From Elusimicrobiota bacterium (lineage in GTDB: Bacteria; Elusimicrobiota; Elusimicrobia; UBA1565; UBA9628): a stretch of 64,000 bases of DNA. Below the pieces are notes generated by a model. It was not told the DNA's origin. It saw nothing but the letters and a program-made list of their open reading frames with translations, and ran no database searches. The stretch is from assembly GCA_031423795.1 (NCBI GenBank), contig JANPGH010000001.1, positions 1,656 through 65,655 of the forward strand, written 5' to 3'. Positions 26,603 through 34,956 of the stretch are shown piece by piece. Position 1 is the stretch's first letter. The number at the start of each line of letters is the position of its first letter. Made by a program: the position numbers and the translations under genes.

Positions 26603-26675
26603 AGAGCCGCTTGCGAGGGTTCTCCTTACCGTTGCTCCGCTTCCAGGACCGCGACTTCCCAAGGTCACGACTTTC

Positions 26676-27785
26676 TCACCCTCGAACCTCCTGACTAAGC
26701 CGTCCGATATGCCACACGAAGCCCGCCAACTCGCGCGCGGCTGCGACCACCGCTTTCTGTCGCGGCTTTCCGCGTCCCGCCATCTTCCGGAATTTCCGAC
26801 ATAACCGCACCTGCGCCCGCTTTCCCGTCGCTACCGCTTCTTGCGATCCACCCTCACGACGCTTGAGCAACGTCGGTCCCGTCTTTTCTGATTGACCGTA
26901 CGCCCACGCCGACTCGACCAACACTCGCCGCAGATGCGCATTGCCAACCTTCGTGATTCGTCCGCGCTGTACGCTTTGGCCCGAACTGTATTCACGGCTG
27001 ACCAGGCCCGTATAGCCCATAAATGCACTCGCCGATTGGAAGCGACGGAAATCTCGAACCTCAACAGCCATAGTCACCGCGTTCAAAGTGTCCACGCCTT
27101 TCAGACATCTCAGATTGGCCACTATTGTCTTCCAAACGTCTTTCCGGGACAATACCAACACTTCTTGATCTAATTCTTCCAGACGCGCCTCGGCTTCCTC
27201 CAACCCTCTTATGTACGACCCGAAGGTTCTCGACTGAGATTCTAAATCGAAACGCAACGCTCGTAGCCATTTCCGGTGCGTCACGCCCCAGGCCTTCGTC
27301 TGACGCCAGCTCAGGCCGTGCCTCAGAAGGAATTTCGACATCCGATGCCGCGCGCGTAGCCGCTCGCCCAGTACGTCCTCGCGCGCCCGCACCAGGTCAC
27401 GATCTGCCTCATCTTCGCGTGTCGGCACGTTTACTGCCGTCAGCTGGCCGGAACGATAGAATTGGGCGAGCTTCTCGGCGTCGCGCCGATCCGTTTTTAC
27501 CTTGTCTCCAGGCCGTCGTGGGATTAAGCCGGGCGCTATTACCGTGCAGTCCTGTCCCTGTGCCGTTAGGTCACGGTGGACTTGATAGCCGCACGGTCCG
27601 GCTTCGTAAACGAACGTCAGCGATCCCCTCGAACTTTGGCGCTCCACGAATTTCTTGAGCGCTGCCGGATTGTTTTCAATTTTTACCACAGTGACTACGT
27701 TATCCGTATCGGGCGGTAGAATTGCCGCGACGATGGAATCCTTGTGGACATCTAGACCTATGACCGTCTTGGTATAATCGAACAT
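26676..27785 (-). CDS. IS110-family transposase/recombinase (DEDD RuvC-like N-domain plus Tnp_20 C-domain)
   Basis: 369 aa from ATG 27785. Motifs VIGLDVHKDS, LKGVDTLNAVTMAVEV and YSSGQSVQRGRITKVGNAHLRRVL. SD GGAGG lies upstream. Confidence 0.9.
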   Translation of the reverse strand: MFDYTKTVIGLDVHKDSIVAAILPPDTDNVVTVVKIENNPAALKKFVERQSSRGSLTFVYEAGPCGYQVHRDLTAQGQDCTVIAPGLIPRRPGDKVKTDRRDAEKLAQFYRSGQLTAVNVPTREDEADRDLVRAREDVLGERLRARHRMSKFLLRHGLSWRQTKAWGVTHRKWLRALRFDLESQSRTFGSYIRGLEEAEARLEELDQEVLVLSRKDVWKTIVANLRCLKGVDTLNAVTMAVEVRDFRRFQSASAFMGYTGLVSREYSSGQSVQRGRITKVGNAHLRRVLVESAWAYGQSEKTGPTLLKRREGGSQEAVATGKRAQVRLCRKFRKMAGRGKPRQKAVVAAARELAGFVWHIGRLSQEVRG

Positions 27786-27923
27786 AGAGTCAGTAGCCTC
27801 CGTTTGTTGGATAGGCTCCCGGGCAACTGGGAGCAACCCACGATATAACGCAGGCTACTGGCTCGTCTATTTAATCTAAAGGCGGAATCACGGATTTGAC
27901 GCCGTCGTCGCTCGAAATCCCTC

Positions 27924-27946
27924 CGGCGATAAAATCATCCGGCGCC
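27924..27946. repeat. Inverted repeat, copy at the transposase 5' side
   Basis: CGGCGATAAAATCATCCGGCGCC, the partner of 26307-26329. Confidence 0.75.
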
Positions 27947-27989
27947 TACTCGCCCCGCGAACGGTGGAACGGCGAGGAAACCAGATAGT

Positions 27990-28105
27990 GAGCTCGATAT
28001 ATCGCCTGGAGGGGCGTCGTCGGTCGCGCCTGGTGCTGCGGTGGCGCGACCGATGCCGAGCGCGGCTCAAAGCCGCGCGTCCCCGACAGGCGATGTATCG
28101 AGCTC
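27990..28105 (+). other. 116-nt three-way-junction palindromic element (structured RNA or REP-like DNA)
   Basis: The outer stem pairs 27990-28008 with 28087-28105 (19 bp including one G-U). Next come a GA/GA internal loop and GGGG/CCCC pairing. Inner hairpin 1 is 28021-28030 with 28043-28052. Inner hairpin 2 is 28060-28067 with 28071-28078. Confidence 0.5.
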
Positions 28106-28146
28106 ACGGGCTGTTATCGATCTTGGCTCCGCGACCCCGGAACGCT

Positions 28147-28152
28147 TATAAT
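28147..28152 (+). promoter_or_regulatory. -10 box TATAAT 6 nt upstream of ATG 28159
   Basis: TATAAT, then CTTCAG, then ATG. Confidence 0.5.
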
Positions 28153-28158
28153 CTTCAG

Positions 28159-28803
28159 ATGTCCTTCCAAGGCGAGATCGAAACGAAATGTGCCGTTTGC
28201 AAAGAATCATTTGAGGCTCCCGTATGGAGTTTCGTCTCAGGCGCGGACGAGGCGCAGCGCAACCAAATCAAGGCGGGCGAATGCAATTTGCTGTTGTGTC
28301 CACATTGCGGAGCGGCGTTCATGCCGGACGCGTCGTGGATCTATTTCGAACCCGAAGCCGAAATCCTGGCGTTCGTCTTTCCGGAATCGTGGCACGCGGA
28401 AGAAGCGAAGTGGCGCGAGAAAATGAAGACGGATTTCGCCGCAATGCGCGAGGCGCTCGGCGACCGCCTCCCGTTGACCCAGGAGCCGCTGGTGTTTTTC
28501 GGCCAAGAAGGATTGGGCGAACTCCTTCAGCACGTGGATTGGAAAATCGACGAGCGCGACGTGATGGAATTTCACGCCAAGGAGCTCGGTTTGTCGGTGT
28601 ATCGCGCCAGTCCCGCCTGGGCGCGGGCGCATAACGCGCCCACGGAATTCCCCTACGTCGGAAAGCCGACGCGCGAATCGCTGATCGCAGGGATGGAAGC
28701 TCTCTTGGCGACTAACGACCGGCTTACGACGTGGGGTGATTTCTTGGCCGCGTTTCGCAATGACGCATCCGCAGCGCTGCCGCCCCCGGCACTTAAAAGG
28801 TGA
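28159..28803 (+). CDS. CpXC-domain zinc-ribbon protein
   Basis: 214 aa. KCAVCKESF...LLLCPHCGAAF matches the CxxC...CPxCG pattern. Confidence 0.65.
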   Translation: MSFQGEIETKCAVCKESFEAPVWSFVSGADEAQRNQIKAGECNLLLCPHCGAAFMPDASWIYFEPEAEILAFVFPESWHAEEAKWREKMKTDFAAMREALGDRLPLTQEPLVFFGQEGLGELLQHVDWKIDERDVMEFHAKELGLSVYRASPAWARAHNAPTEFPYVGKPTRESLIAGMEALLATNDRLTTWGDFLAAFRNDASAALPPPALKR

Positions 28804-29930
28804 GCAAGGAGCCGACGGTCGCCGTTCCGGCCGCGGCGTCGAGGCTTCTCAAGCTCGTGGCCGCGGAAGCTCGCCGCCTCGGTTTTGAATTGTACGCGGT
28901 GGGCGGGCCGGTTCGCGACTGGATCCTGCGGCGACCCACATTCGATCTCGACGTCGCCGTCGTCGGCGATCCGGACCCGATCGCGGCGCTGTGCGCCAAA
29001 CTGCTGAAGGGAACCTCCGAGCCGTTCGGCCGTTTCGGGACGCGGCGCGTGATCGGACGGGGGAAATTTCGGATCGATGTGGCCACGACGCGAGTCGAAA
29101 AGTACGCCGGGCCCGCGGCGCTGCCCGAGGTGACCGCCACCGGGGTGCCGATCGAGAAGGATCTTTTCCGCCGGGATTTCACCATCAATGCGATGGCCGT
29201 GCGCCTCGACGACAGATCAAACCTGCTCGTGGATCCGTACGGCGGCCGGCGCGACCTCAAAGCCCGAACACTTCGCGTCCTGCATCCCGCCAGTTTCCGC
29301 GACGACCCGACACGTGTGTTCCGCGCCGCGCGCTTCGCCGCGCGATTGCGTTGCGCGCCGGCAGACGGGATGGGAGGAGAAGCGCGCGATGTGTTGAAGA
29401 TGGGAGAGGCGGCCAAGCTTTCCCGGCATCGGCTTATGCATGAGCTGCTGAGTTTGCTCAACGAAAAAAATCCGGCCAACGCGTTCGGACTATTGGAGGC
29501 GTGGGGATACCTTCCGCTGCTGCATCCCGAATTGCCCTGGCGTGAGCGCCTTCCCGCCGGTGTCGAGCCGCGTTTGGCGGCGATGGCCTTGGCGCTGGGT
29601 CCGCAAAAAGGTCGCGAATTCGTCGACTCGTTTCCTTTCGAGCATCGCCTGCGCGCCGAACTGCATGAAATTTTAACGTTGGCGGCGTCCGACAAGGCGC
29701 CGCGCGTCAAGCCGTCTGCCTTTATTGCGACGGCGGTCCGCCGCGCTCAACCCAAGCTCGCGGCCGCTGCGCTGAAGCCGTGCTTTTTGCGCGGACAAGA
29801 CCTAATCGCCCGCGGCCTGAAGCCGGGGCCCGAGTTCCACCAAATTCTCGACGAGGCCGCGCTTCTGCAACGGCATGGCCGGGTGCGCTCTCGGTGGGAA
29901 GCGCTCGCTTGGTTGAAAAAGCGCGGTTAG
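28800..29930 (+). CDS. cca: CCA-adding enzyme / poly(A) polymerase-family tRNA nucleotidyltransferase
   Basis: 376 aa. Motifs YAVGGPVRDWIL, DLDVAV, RRDFTINAMA and DPTRVFRAARFAARL. The GTG start overlaps the upstream stop. Confidence 0.8.
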   Translation: MSKEPTVAVPAAASRLLKLVAAEARRLGFELYAVGGPVRDWILRRPTFDLDVAVVGDPDPIAALCAKLLKGTSEPFGRFGTRRVIGRGKFRIDVATTRVEKYAGPAALPEVTATGVPIEKDLFRRDFTINAMAVRLDDRSNLLVDPYGGRRDLKARTLRVLHPASFRDDPTRVFRAARFAARLRCAPADGMGGEARDVLKMGEAAKLSRHRLMHELLSLLNEKNPANAFGLLEAWGYLPLLHPELPWRERLPAGVEPRLAAMALALGPQKGREFVDSFPFEHRLRAELHEILTLAASDKAPRVKPSAFIATAVRRAQPKLAAAALKPCFLRGQDLIARGLKPGPEFHQILDEAALLQRHGRVRSRWEALAWLKKRG

Positions 29931-31117
29931 ACCGGCGTCTCTGGATCGGGGCCGCCGCCGTCTTGGCCTTGGCGGCCGCGATTTTCATTCCCGTTGGGCG
30001 CACGCAGTGGGATTTGAAAGTGTACCTGGAATGCGCGCGCGTGCTCGCGTCGGGGACAGATCCGTACACGACCCAGCCGATCGTCGGCGGCGACCCTTAC
30101 CAGTGTCTGTACCCGCCTCTCGCGACCGATCTCTATCGTCCATTCGCGGCGTTATCGCGGGCCTTCGGGGGCCATGCCGGCGAAAGGCTTTGGGCCGCGC
30201 TGAAGGCCATTTCACTGGTTTTCATTTTGTTCCTATGGCGGCGCTGGGTCATGAAGCCCGGTCCCGATCTGTGGCGAATATTATTCGTCATCGTTGGTTT
30301 CGGTAATCCGTTTTGGATGGATTTCCTGTCCGGAAACGCGGGTTCCTTCGAGCATGCGGCGCTGTGGGGCGGACTGACTGCGTTCATTTGCGGACGCGAC
30401 GCCCTCTTTGCCGCGCTGATCGCCGTCTCAGCTCAGCCAAAATTGCTGCCGCTCGCGTTCCTCGCGCTGGCTTTCGCGTCCCCGCGTCCCAAATGGAAGA
30501 TATTTTTCGGCGGCGTGGCGTTGAGCCTCGCGTTGTTCGCACTCAATGAGCTCGTCCATCCCGGCCTGTTGCGCGGATTTTTCGAACAGCTCACCGATCC
30601 GAAGCAGGCCTGGCGCTACGAGCGTGGCCCCAACAATTGCGCTGCCGTCGGGTTTTTCCAGCACGTGCTGGAAACGATATGTGGCCATCGCCCTTGGGCG
30701 GCTACCGGCGCGATGCGAATGTATATTCCCTGGGTGATAAGCATCGTGGGCGCCACCGGATTTTCTATTTACCGCATCATCAAAGGAGATGGCGACGCCG
30801 TCGATAAGCGACGTCGGATCCTGTTTGTCTTCATTGCTGCTTACGCATTGCTGGTCCCGCGCCTCAAGGACTATTCGTTCCTGCTATTGATTCCGCCGAC
30901 GCTGGCCGCGCTCGAGTCCGACGCTCCTCTCGCTTTGCGCGTAGCCATCGTCCTGTTTGCAGTCATGAACTCGACCAAAACCTTCGCCCTCAAAATGGGT
31001 CTCGGTCCCTGGTCTCTGTTGTTTGGCTACTACAAGCTTTACGCCGTCTTCCTCGTTTGGATAGCCCTTCTCCTCAATACCCCGAAGAAATCCGTCGCCC
31101 CAGAGGAATCAGTATGA
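29909..31117 (+). CDS. DUF2029/GT87-like multi-TM glycosyltransferase-type membrane protein
   Basis: About 402 aa. The start is uncertain; TTG 29909 was chosen because the longer ORF overlaps cca. It has about 10 or more TMs and the motif DPY....YPPL. Confidence 0.55.
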   Translation: MVEKARLDRRLWIGAAAVLALAAAIFIPVGRTQWDLKVYLECARVLASGTDPYTTQPIVGGDPYQCLYPPLATDLYRPFAALSRAFGGHAGERLWAALKAISLVFILFLWRRWVMKPGPDLWRILFVIVGFGNPFWMDFLSGNAGSFEHAALWGGLTAFICGRDALFAALIAVSAQPKLLPLAFLALAFASPRPKWKIFFGGVALSLALFALNELVHPGLLRGFFEQLTDPKQAWRYERGPNNCAAVGFFQHVLETICGHRPWAATGAMRMYIPWVISIVGATGFSIYRIIKGDGDAVDKRRRILFVFIAAYALLVPRLKDYSFLLLIPPTLAALESDAPLALRVAIVLFAVMNSTKTFALKMGLGPWSLLFGYYKLYAVFLVWIALLLNTPKKSVAPEESV

Positions 31118-31208
31118 ACAAGTTCGCCGCACTTCGAGTGATTTCTTGTGCCACTCCAGTCGTCGCCAAATCCGTTCCGCCCGAAATTTATATCGACAGC
31201 GGACTAAA

Positions 31209-31233
31209 CTTAGTTAGTTGCTCCTGAAAAAGT
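31209..31233. repeat. Terminal inverted repeat (left)
   Basis: CTTAGTTAGTTGCTCCTGAAAAAGT. Confidence 0.8.
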
Positions 31234-31325
31234 GACCAAAAAACCAACCAACAACGCGCACCTATAGTTGCCGGGGAGACACACCTCACCCCTTCTCCCG
31301 CCGTCGGGCGACACGCCCCCGGCCA

Positions 31326-32645
31326 CTACGGACTACGGCCGTATCGGTACAGGTTCGCCGCGATCACGACCCAGCCGACCCATATCCCTGTCCCCACGTC
31401 GCCACGGAACATGCTGCGCTTGAGCCCGAACTTGCGGTTGAGAAAGCTGAGCGAGCCTTCGATCCCGGCCCGGAACGCCATGAGAGCCTTGAACCACGCG
31501 CGCCCCTGTTTTGCCCGAATGTCCGGCGGAGCGTTGCCGCGCCAGGCCATCCCAATGCGTCGAACGCCGCCAGCCTTGAGCAGTTTGTGGTTGTCGCTCG
31601 ATGAGAACCCCATGTCCGCGGCAAATACCTTGAGCGCCCTCGGGAACTGGCGCTTATGTTTCTCAACGATGCCCGGGAGAAGCGTCACATCGCCAGGATT
31701 GCCGTTATGAACGCCGTACTGAGTGAAGTAGCCGCTCTCGTCCTGAGTGATCTGCCCGACGCGGCCGAACTCAACGGGATTGGCGAGTTTGCCTTTGACG
31801 ATCGACCGGGCCCCAGGGTCGGCGAGGCTTACGACTTTGTCTGCGGGTTTGCCGCCGGCAAGGCGCTCCTCGGTCTGTCCCGCCACCCTGTCGGTGAGGC
31901 CCAACGTCGTTTCCAAATGGCCGCGCACCTTCGGATCTTTGACCCTTCGCAGGACGCGCTTGACTTTGATGCCCGTCTTGCGCACGATGCGCAGGATCTT
32001 GCGGTTGAGACGCTTGACCCGCTCTCGGGATTTCGCGTCCGGCTTACGCAGCGACTGAGCGATGGAGAAGATCATCTTCTTGGCTTTCGTCATCGTTCGG
32101 CCTAGCCGCAGCCCAATGCCCGGGACTTTGATCAGCTTCTGGCGCAGGCGACGCAGGCCGTCAAACAGCAGGCCAGCGTCGGTCGGATAATGAATGTCCG
32201 AGGCGATCACCGTCGTGTCAGTGCGAATCTTGCGCCCGCGCACCAGCTTGCGCTGGCGAAGGTTGTCGATGACGAGACAATTGACCTCGGCGATGGTTTC
32301 ATCGCCGAATTTGTGGGTGAGCTTGATCAGCGTCGAGGCGTCGGGGACGCGTTGCTGGTAGCCGATGCCGCAGAATCGGCGCCAGGCGATCGAGTCGGAG
32401 ACTTCTTCAACAAGGGTTTCGTAGCCGAGCTTGTAACGAAACTTGAGGTACATCAGTCGCAGGTACGTCGAGATCGGAACGCCGGGGCGGCCTTGCGTCT
32501 GGTTGAATCTCCGCAGGAACGGCTCCATGAGCCGTTCGTCTTGGAGCAGGATGTCCACGCGAGCCAGTTCCTCCGGAAGCTTGCGTAATTCTGCGGGAAG
32601 AATGCTGTCCCAGAGGTCCGGCGTTTCGGGTTTCAGTAGGAGCAT
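31326..32645 (-). CDS. DDE transposase with InsH-type N-terminal domain (IS5/IS1182-like)
   Basis: 439 aa. Motifs TYLRLMYLKFRY, TDTTVIASDIHYPTDAGLL, FAADMGFSS and RAGIEGSLSFLNRKFGLKR. SD GGAG lies upstream. Confidence 0.85.
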   Translation of the reverse strand: MLLLKPETPDLWDSILPAELRKLPEELARVDILLQDERLMEPFLRRFNQTQGRPGVPISTYLRLMYLKFRYKLGYETLVEEVSDSIAWRRFCGIGYQQRVPDASTLIKLTHKFGDETIAEVNCLVIDNLRQRKLVRGRKIRTDTTVIASDIHYPTDAGLLFDGLRRLRQKLIKVPGIGLRLGRTMTKAKKMIFSIAQSLRKPDAKSRERVKRLNRKILRIVRKTGIKVKRVLRRVKDPKVRGHLETTLGLTDRVAGQTEERLAGGKPADKVVSLADPGARSIVKGKLANPVEFGRVGQITQDESGYFTQYGVHNGNPGDVTLLPGIVEKHKRQFPRALKVFAADMGFSSSDNHKLLKAGGVRRIGMAWRGNAPPDIRAKQGRAWFKALMAFRAGIEGSLSFLNRKFGLKRSMFRGDVGTGIWVGWVVIAANLYRYGRSP

Positions 32646-32760
32646 GGGGTTCTCCGTTCGACGATGGGATATTCTACGACGCGGAGATGGGGCGCGTCTA
32701 ATCGAATCTCAACGGAGAAATCAGCTACTCTCGTCGAGAAATAGGTCGCAAGTCAGGGCG

Positions 32761-32785
32761 ACTTTTTCAGGAGCAACTAGTTAAG
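32761..32785. repeat. Terminal inverted repeat (right)
   Basis: ACTTTTTCAGGAGCAACTAGTTAAG. Confidence 0.8.
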
Positions 32786-32794
32786 CGCGAGCTT

Positions 32795-33790
32795 ATGACC
32801 CTAGTAATTGTATTGGGCATGCTCGGCGTTTTGTCGCTAGTCTGTTCCGCGAATGATGCCTATATCGGTTTTAGCGGCGGCGCCGCGAAATTAATGGACG
32901 ACCATCCGAGCATATCGATGACCGACGAGCATGTTCGGGTTGATATTTTTAAAGATTCCTATACGGTTCGTGCGAGCTTTAATTTTTCAAACGACGGAAA
33001 AGAGACGCGCGTCTCGGTGGGCTTCCCAGTCCGGGGGAGCAAGCCCCAGGCTATTTTAAAGTTTAATACATGGGTTGACGGCAAGAAAGTAACGACTGAA
33101 AACAGCCCCCTCGATCCGAAGCCGGACGACGAAGGCAATTATAGTTATTGGAAAATAAAATCAGTCGTATTCCCGGCGAAAATAAATATTTCCTCCATCG
33201 TGGAGTTTTCCGCCCCGCTTGGTGATTCGTCCATAGGGCATCATTTTGTCGATTATGTCTATGGAACGGGGAAGTCCTGGCGTGGCTCGATAGCACGAGC
33301 AGTCTTCGATTTCCGTTTCAACGAAGAAAACCGGATTGATCGCGCGAGCTATGGCATATACAACTCTACTTATGTTTTTTCGATCGCGCATCGAGCTAAG
33401 GGGCAGATCGTCTATGAGGTGAAAGACCTTGAGCCGACATCCGAATGGGACTCGATACACTTCAGTTTCTGTCCATCCGAGCCTGATTGGAATCAGGAAA
33501 GGCGACGCTGCCACGAATGGCTAGATCGGGCCGAAAGGTATCGTGAGGATTTGGGAGATTTGCGTGAACTTTCCCTTGGAGATTTAAGAATACTGCGGAA
33601 CATGGTTTTCGCCCGAAGGGGAAAAGTGTTTAAGGACCCAGAACTGCAGAAGCTATTCGAGGCGACAAGTTGGTATAAACCTAACGAAGCCAACGACCCC
33701 GAAAATATTTCTGTCGATGAAAAGAATCTGGTCGAACGGTTGTCAAAACAAGAGGCGCTTATTCGTTCGGCGGCGCCCTATCAGGAATGA
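32795..33790 (+). CDS. Secreted protein with a C-terminal YARHG domain (low-GC gene)
   Basis: 331 aa with a signal peptide. The C-terminal LRILRNMVFARRGKVFKD..LQKLFEATSWYKP matches the YARHG pattern. The N-terminal part resembles DUF4424. Confidence 0.6.
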   Translation: MTLVIVLGMLGVLSLVCSANDAYIGFSGGAAKLMDDHPSISMTDEHVRVDIFKDSYTVRASFNFSNDGKETRVSVGFPVRGSKPQAILKFNTWVDGKKVTTENSPLDPKPDDEGNYSYWKIKSVVFPAKINISSIVEFSAPLGDSSIGHHFVDYVYGTGKSWRGSIARAVFDFRFNEENRIDRASYGIYNSTYVFSIAHRAKGQIVYEVKDLEPTSEWDSIHFSFCPSEPDWNQERRRCHEWLDRAERYREDLGDLRELSLGDLRILRNMVFARRGKVFKDPELQKLFEATSWYKPNEANDPENISVDEKNLVERLSKQEALIRSAAPYQE

Positions 33791-33842
33791 AGCGCGACCC
33801 CCCGTATCGGCTGCGAATCACGGTTGCCTGTATGATATTCTG

Positions 33843-33872
33843 TTGGAATTTCCGCTGTTAAAACGGTAGAAT
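33843..33872 (+). promoter_or_regulatory. Promoter TTGGAA-N18-TAGAAT, 10 nt before the trpS ATG
   Basis: TTGGAA at 33843-33848 and TAGAAT at 33867-33872. No SD lies before ATG 33883. Confidence 0.5.
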
Positions 33873-33882
33873 CCCCGTCGTA

Positions 33883-34956
33883 ATGAAGCGTCAAGACGTC
33901 GTGTTCTCGGGCATGCGTCCGACCGGACGTCTTCATATCGGCAATTATTGGGGCGCGCTGAAGAATTGGGTGGCATTACAGGACCAATTCAGCTGTTTTT
34001 ACAGCATTGTCGATTGGCATATGCTCACCACCGGCTACGGTGACACCTCGTCGCTGAAGGAGAATGTCCATGAAATGGCGCTGGACTGGCTTGCGGCCGG
34101 TCTTGACCCGGCGAAATGCGTCATTTTCCGCCAGTCCGACGTTCCCGAGCATGCCGAATTGGCCTTGATGTTATCCATGGTCACGCCGCTATCCGCCGTC
34201 GAGAACAATCCGACGTGGAAAGAGCAATTGCAGGAACTGGCCAAGACCAAAGCGGGCCTCGCCGCCGAAGGCGGCTCGACGAAGTATGAGGAAAACAAGG
34301 CCGGCGCGAACTATGAGCTGCGCACCTACGGTTTCCTCGGCTATCCGGTGTTGCAGGCGGCGGATATCCTGCTTTACCACGGCACGAAGGTCCCCGTCGG
34401 CCATGACCAGCTGCCGCACTTGGAGCTGTCGCGCGAGATCGCGCGCAAGTTTAATCACGCGTTCGGCGCGGTCTTCGCCGAGCCTCAGCCGATGCTGACG
34501 CCGACGCCGAAGGTGCCCGGCATCGATGGGCGTAAGATGTCGAAGTCTTACGCGAATTCGATCGAGATTTACGAGACGGCGGCCTCCTTAGAAACGAAAA
34601 TCAAGAACATGTACACCGATCCGACGCGCAAGAAGGCGACGGATCCGGGCCATCCGGAGCCATCGCCGGAAAATCCGCCGGGCTGCTCGGTATACGCGAT
34701 GCACAAACTTTACGCTGACGAGGCGTTCGTGAAAAGGCGCGGTGAGGAATGCCGCGCGGGTGCCATCGGGTGCATGCCGTGCAAGAAGGATTTGATCGCC
34801 GAGATGTCGGGGCCGTTCGATGAATTTCGACGCCGCCGCGATGAGTACGCCGCTGCGGGCGGCGTTGATAAGATTTTGGCCGACGGGGCGCGCAAGGCGC
34901 GCGCCGTCGCGTCGCAGACCATGGACGAAGTCCGCCGCGCGATGAGGTTGAGATGA
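33883..34956 (+). CDS. trpS: Tryptophan--tRNA ligase
   Basis: 357 aa. The class I HIGH-type motif is present (GRLHIGNYWG), as is KMSKS. Confidence 0.95.
   Translation: MKRQDVVFSGMRPTGRLHIGNYWGALKNWVALQDQFSCFYSIVDWHMLTTGYGDTSSLKENVHEMALDWLAAGLDPAKCVIFRQSDVPEHAELALMLSMVTPLSAVENNPTWKEQLQELAKTKAGLAAEGGSTKYEENKAGANYELRTYGFLGYPVLQAADILLYHGTKVPVGHDQLPHLELSREIARKFNHAFGAVFAEPQPMLTPTPKVPGIDGRKMSKSYANSIEIYETAASLETKIKNMYTDPTRKKATDPGHPEPSPENPPGCSVYAMHKLYADEAFVKRRGEECRAGAIGCMPCKKDLIAEMSGPFDEFRRRRDEYAAAGGVDKILADGARKARAVASQTMDEVRRAMRLR

Larger units (their letters stand above)
26307..27961 (-). mobile_element. IS110-family insertion sequence, IS1111-like organisation
   Basis: One DEDD/Tnp_20-type transposase gene. 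A 23-bp imperfect inverted repeat sits at 26307-26329 and 27924-27946. The upstream arm is 161 nt and the downstream arm is 369 nt. Exact ends are uncertain. Confidence 0.75.
31209..32785 (-). mobile_element. IS5/IS1182-like insertion sequence (1577 bp)
   Basis: 25-bp terminal inverted repeats (23 of 25 match, with a 19-bp perfect core TAGTTGCTCCTGAAAAAGT) bracket a single DDE transposase gene. No clear target-site duplication was found. Confidence 0.8.

Noticed and set aside
27964-28158. N-terminal extension of the CpXC ORF (start at 27964)
   Set aside because: The extension is an Arg-rich translation of the palindromic element. The internal ATG 28159 has the TATAAT-6 nt-ATG geometry, and the CpXC domain begins right after it.
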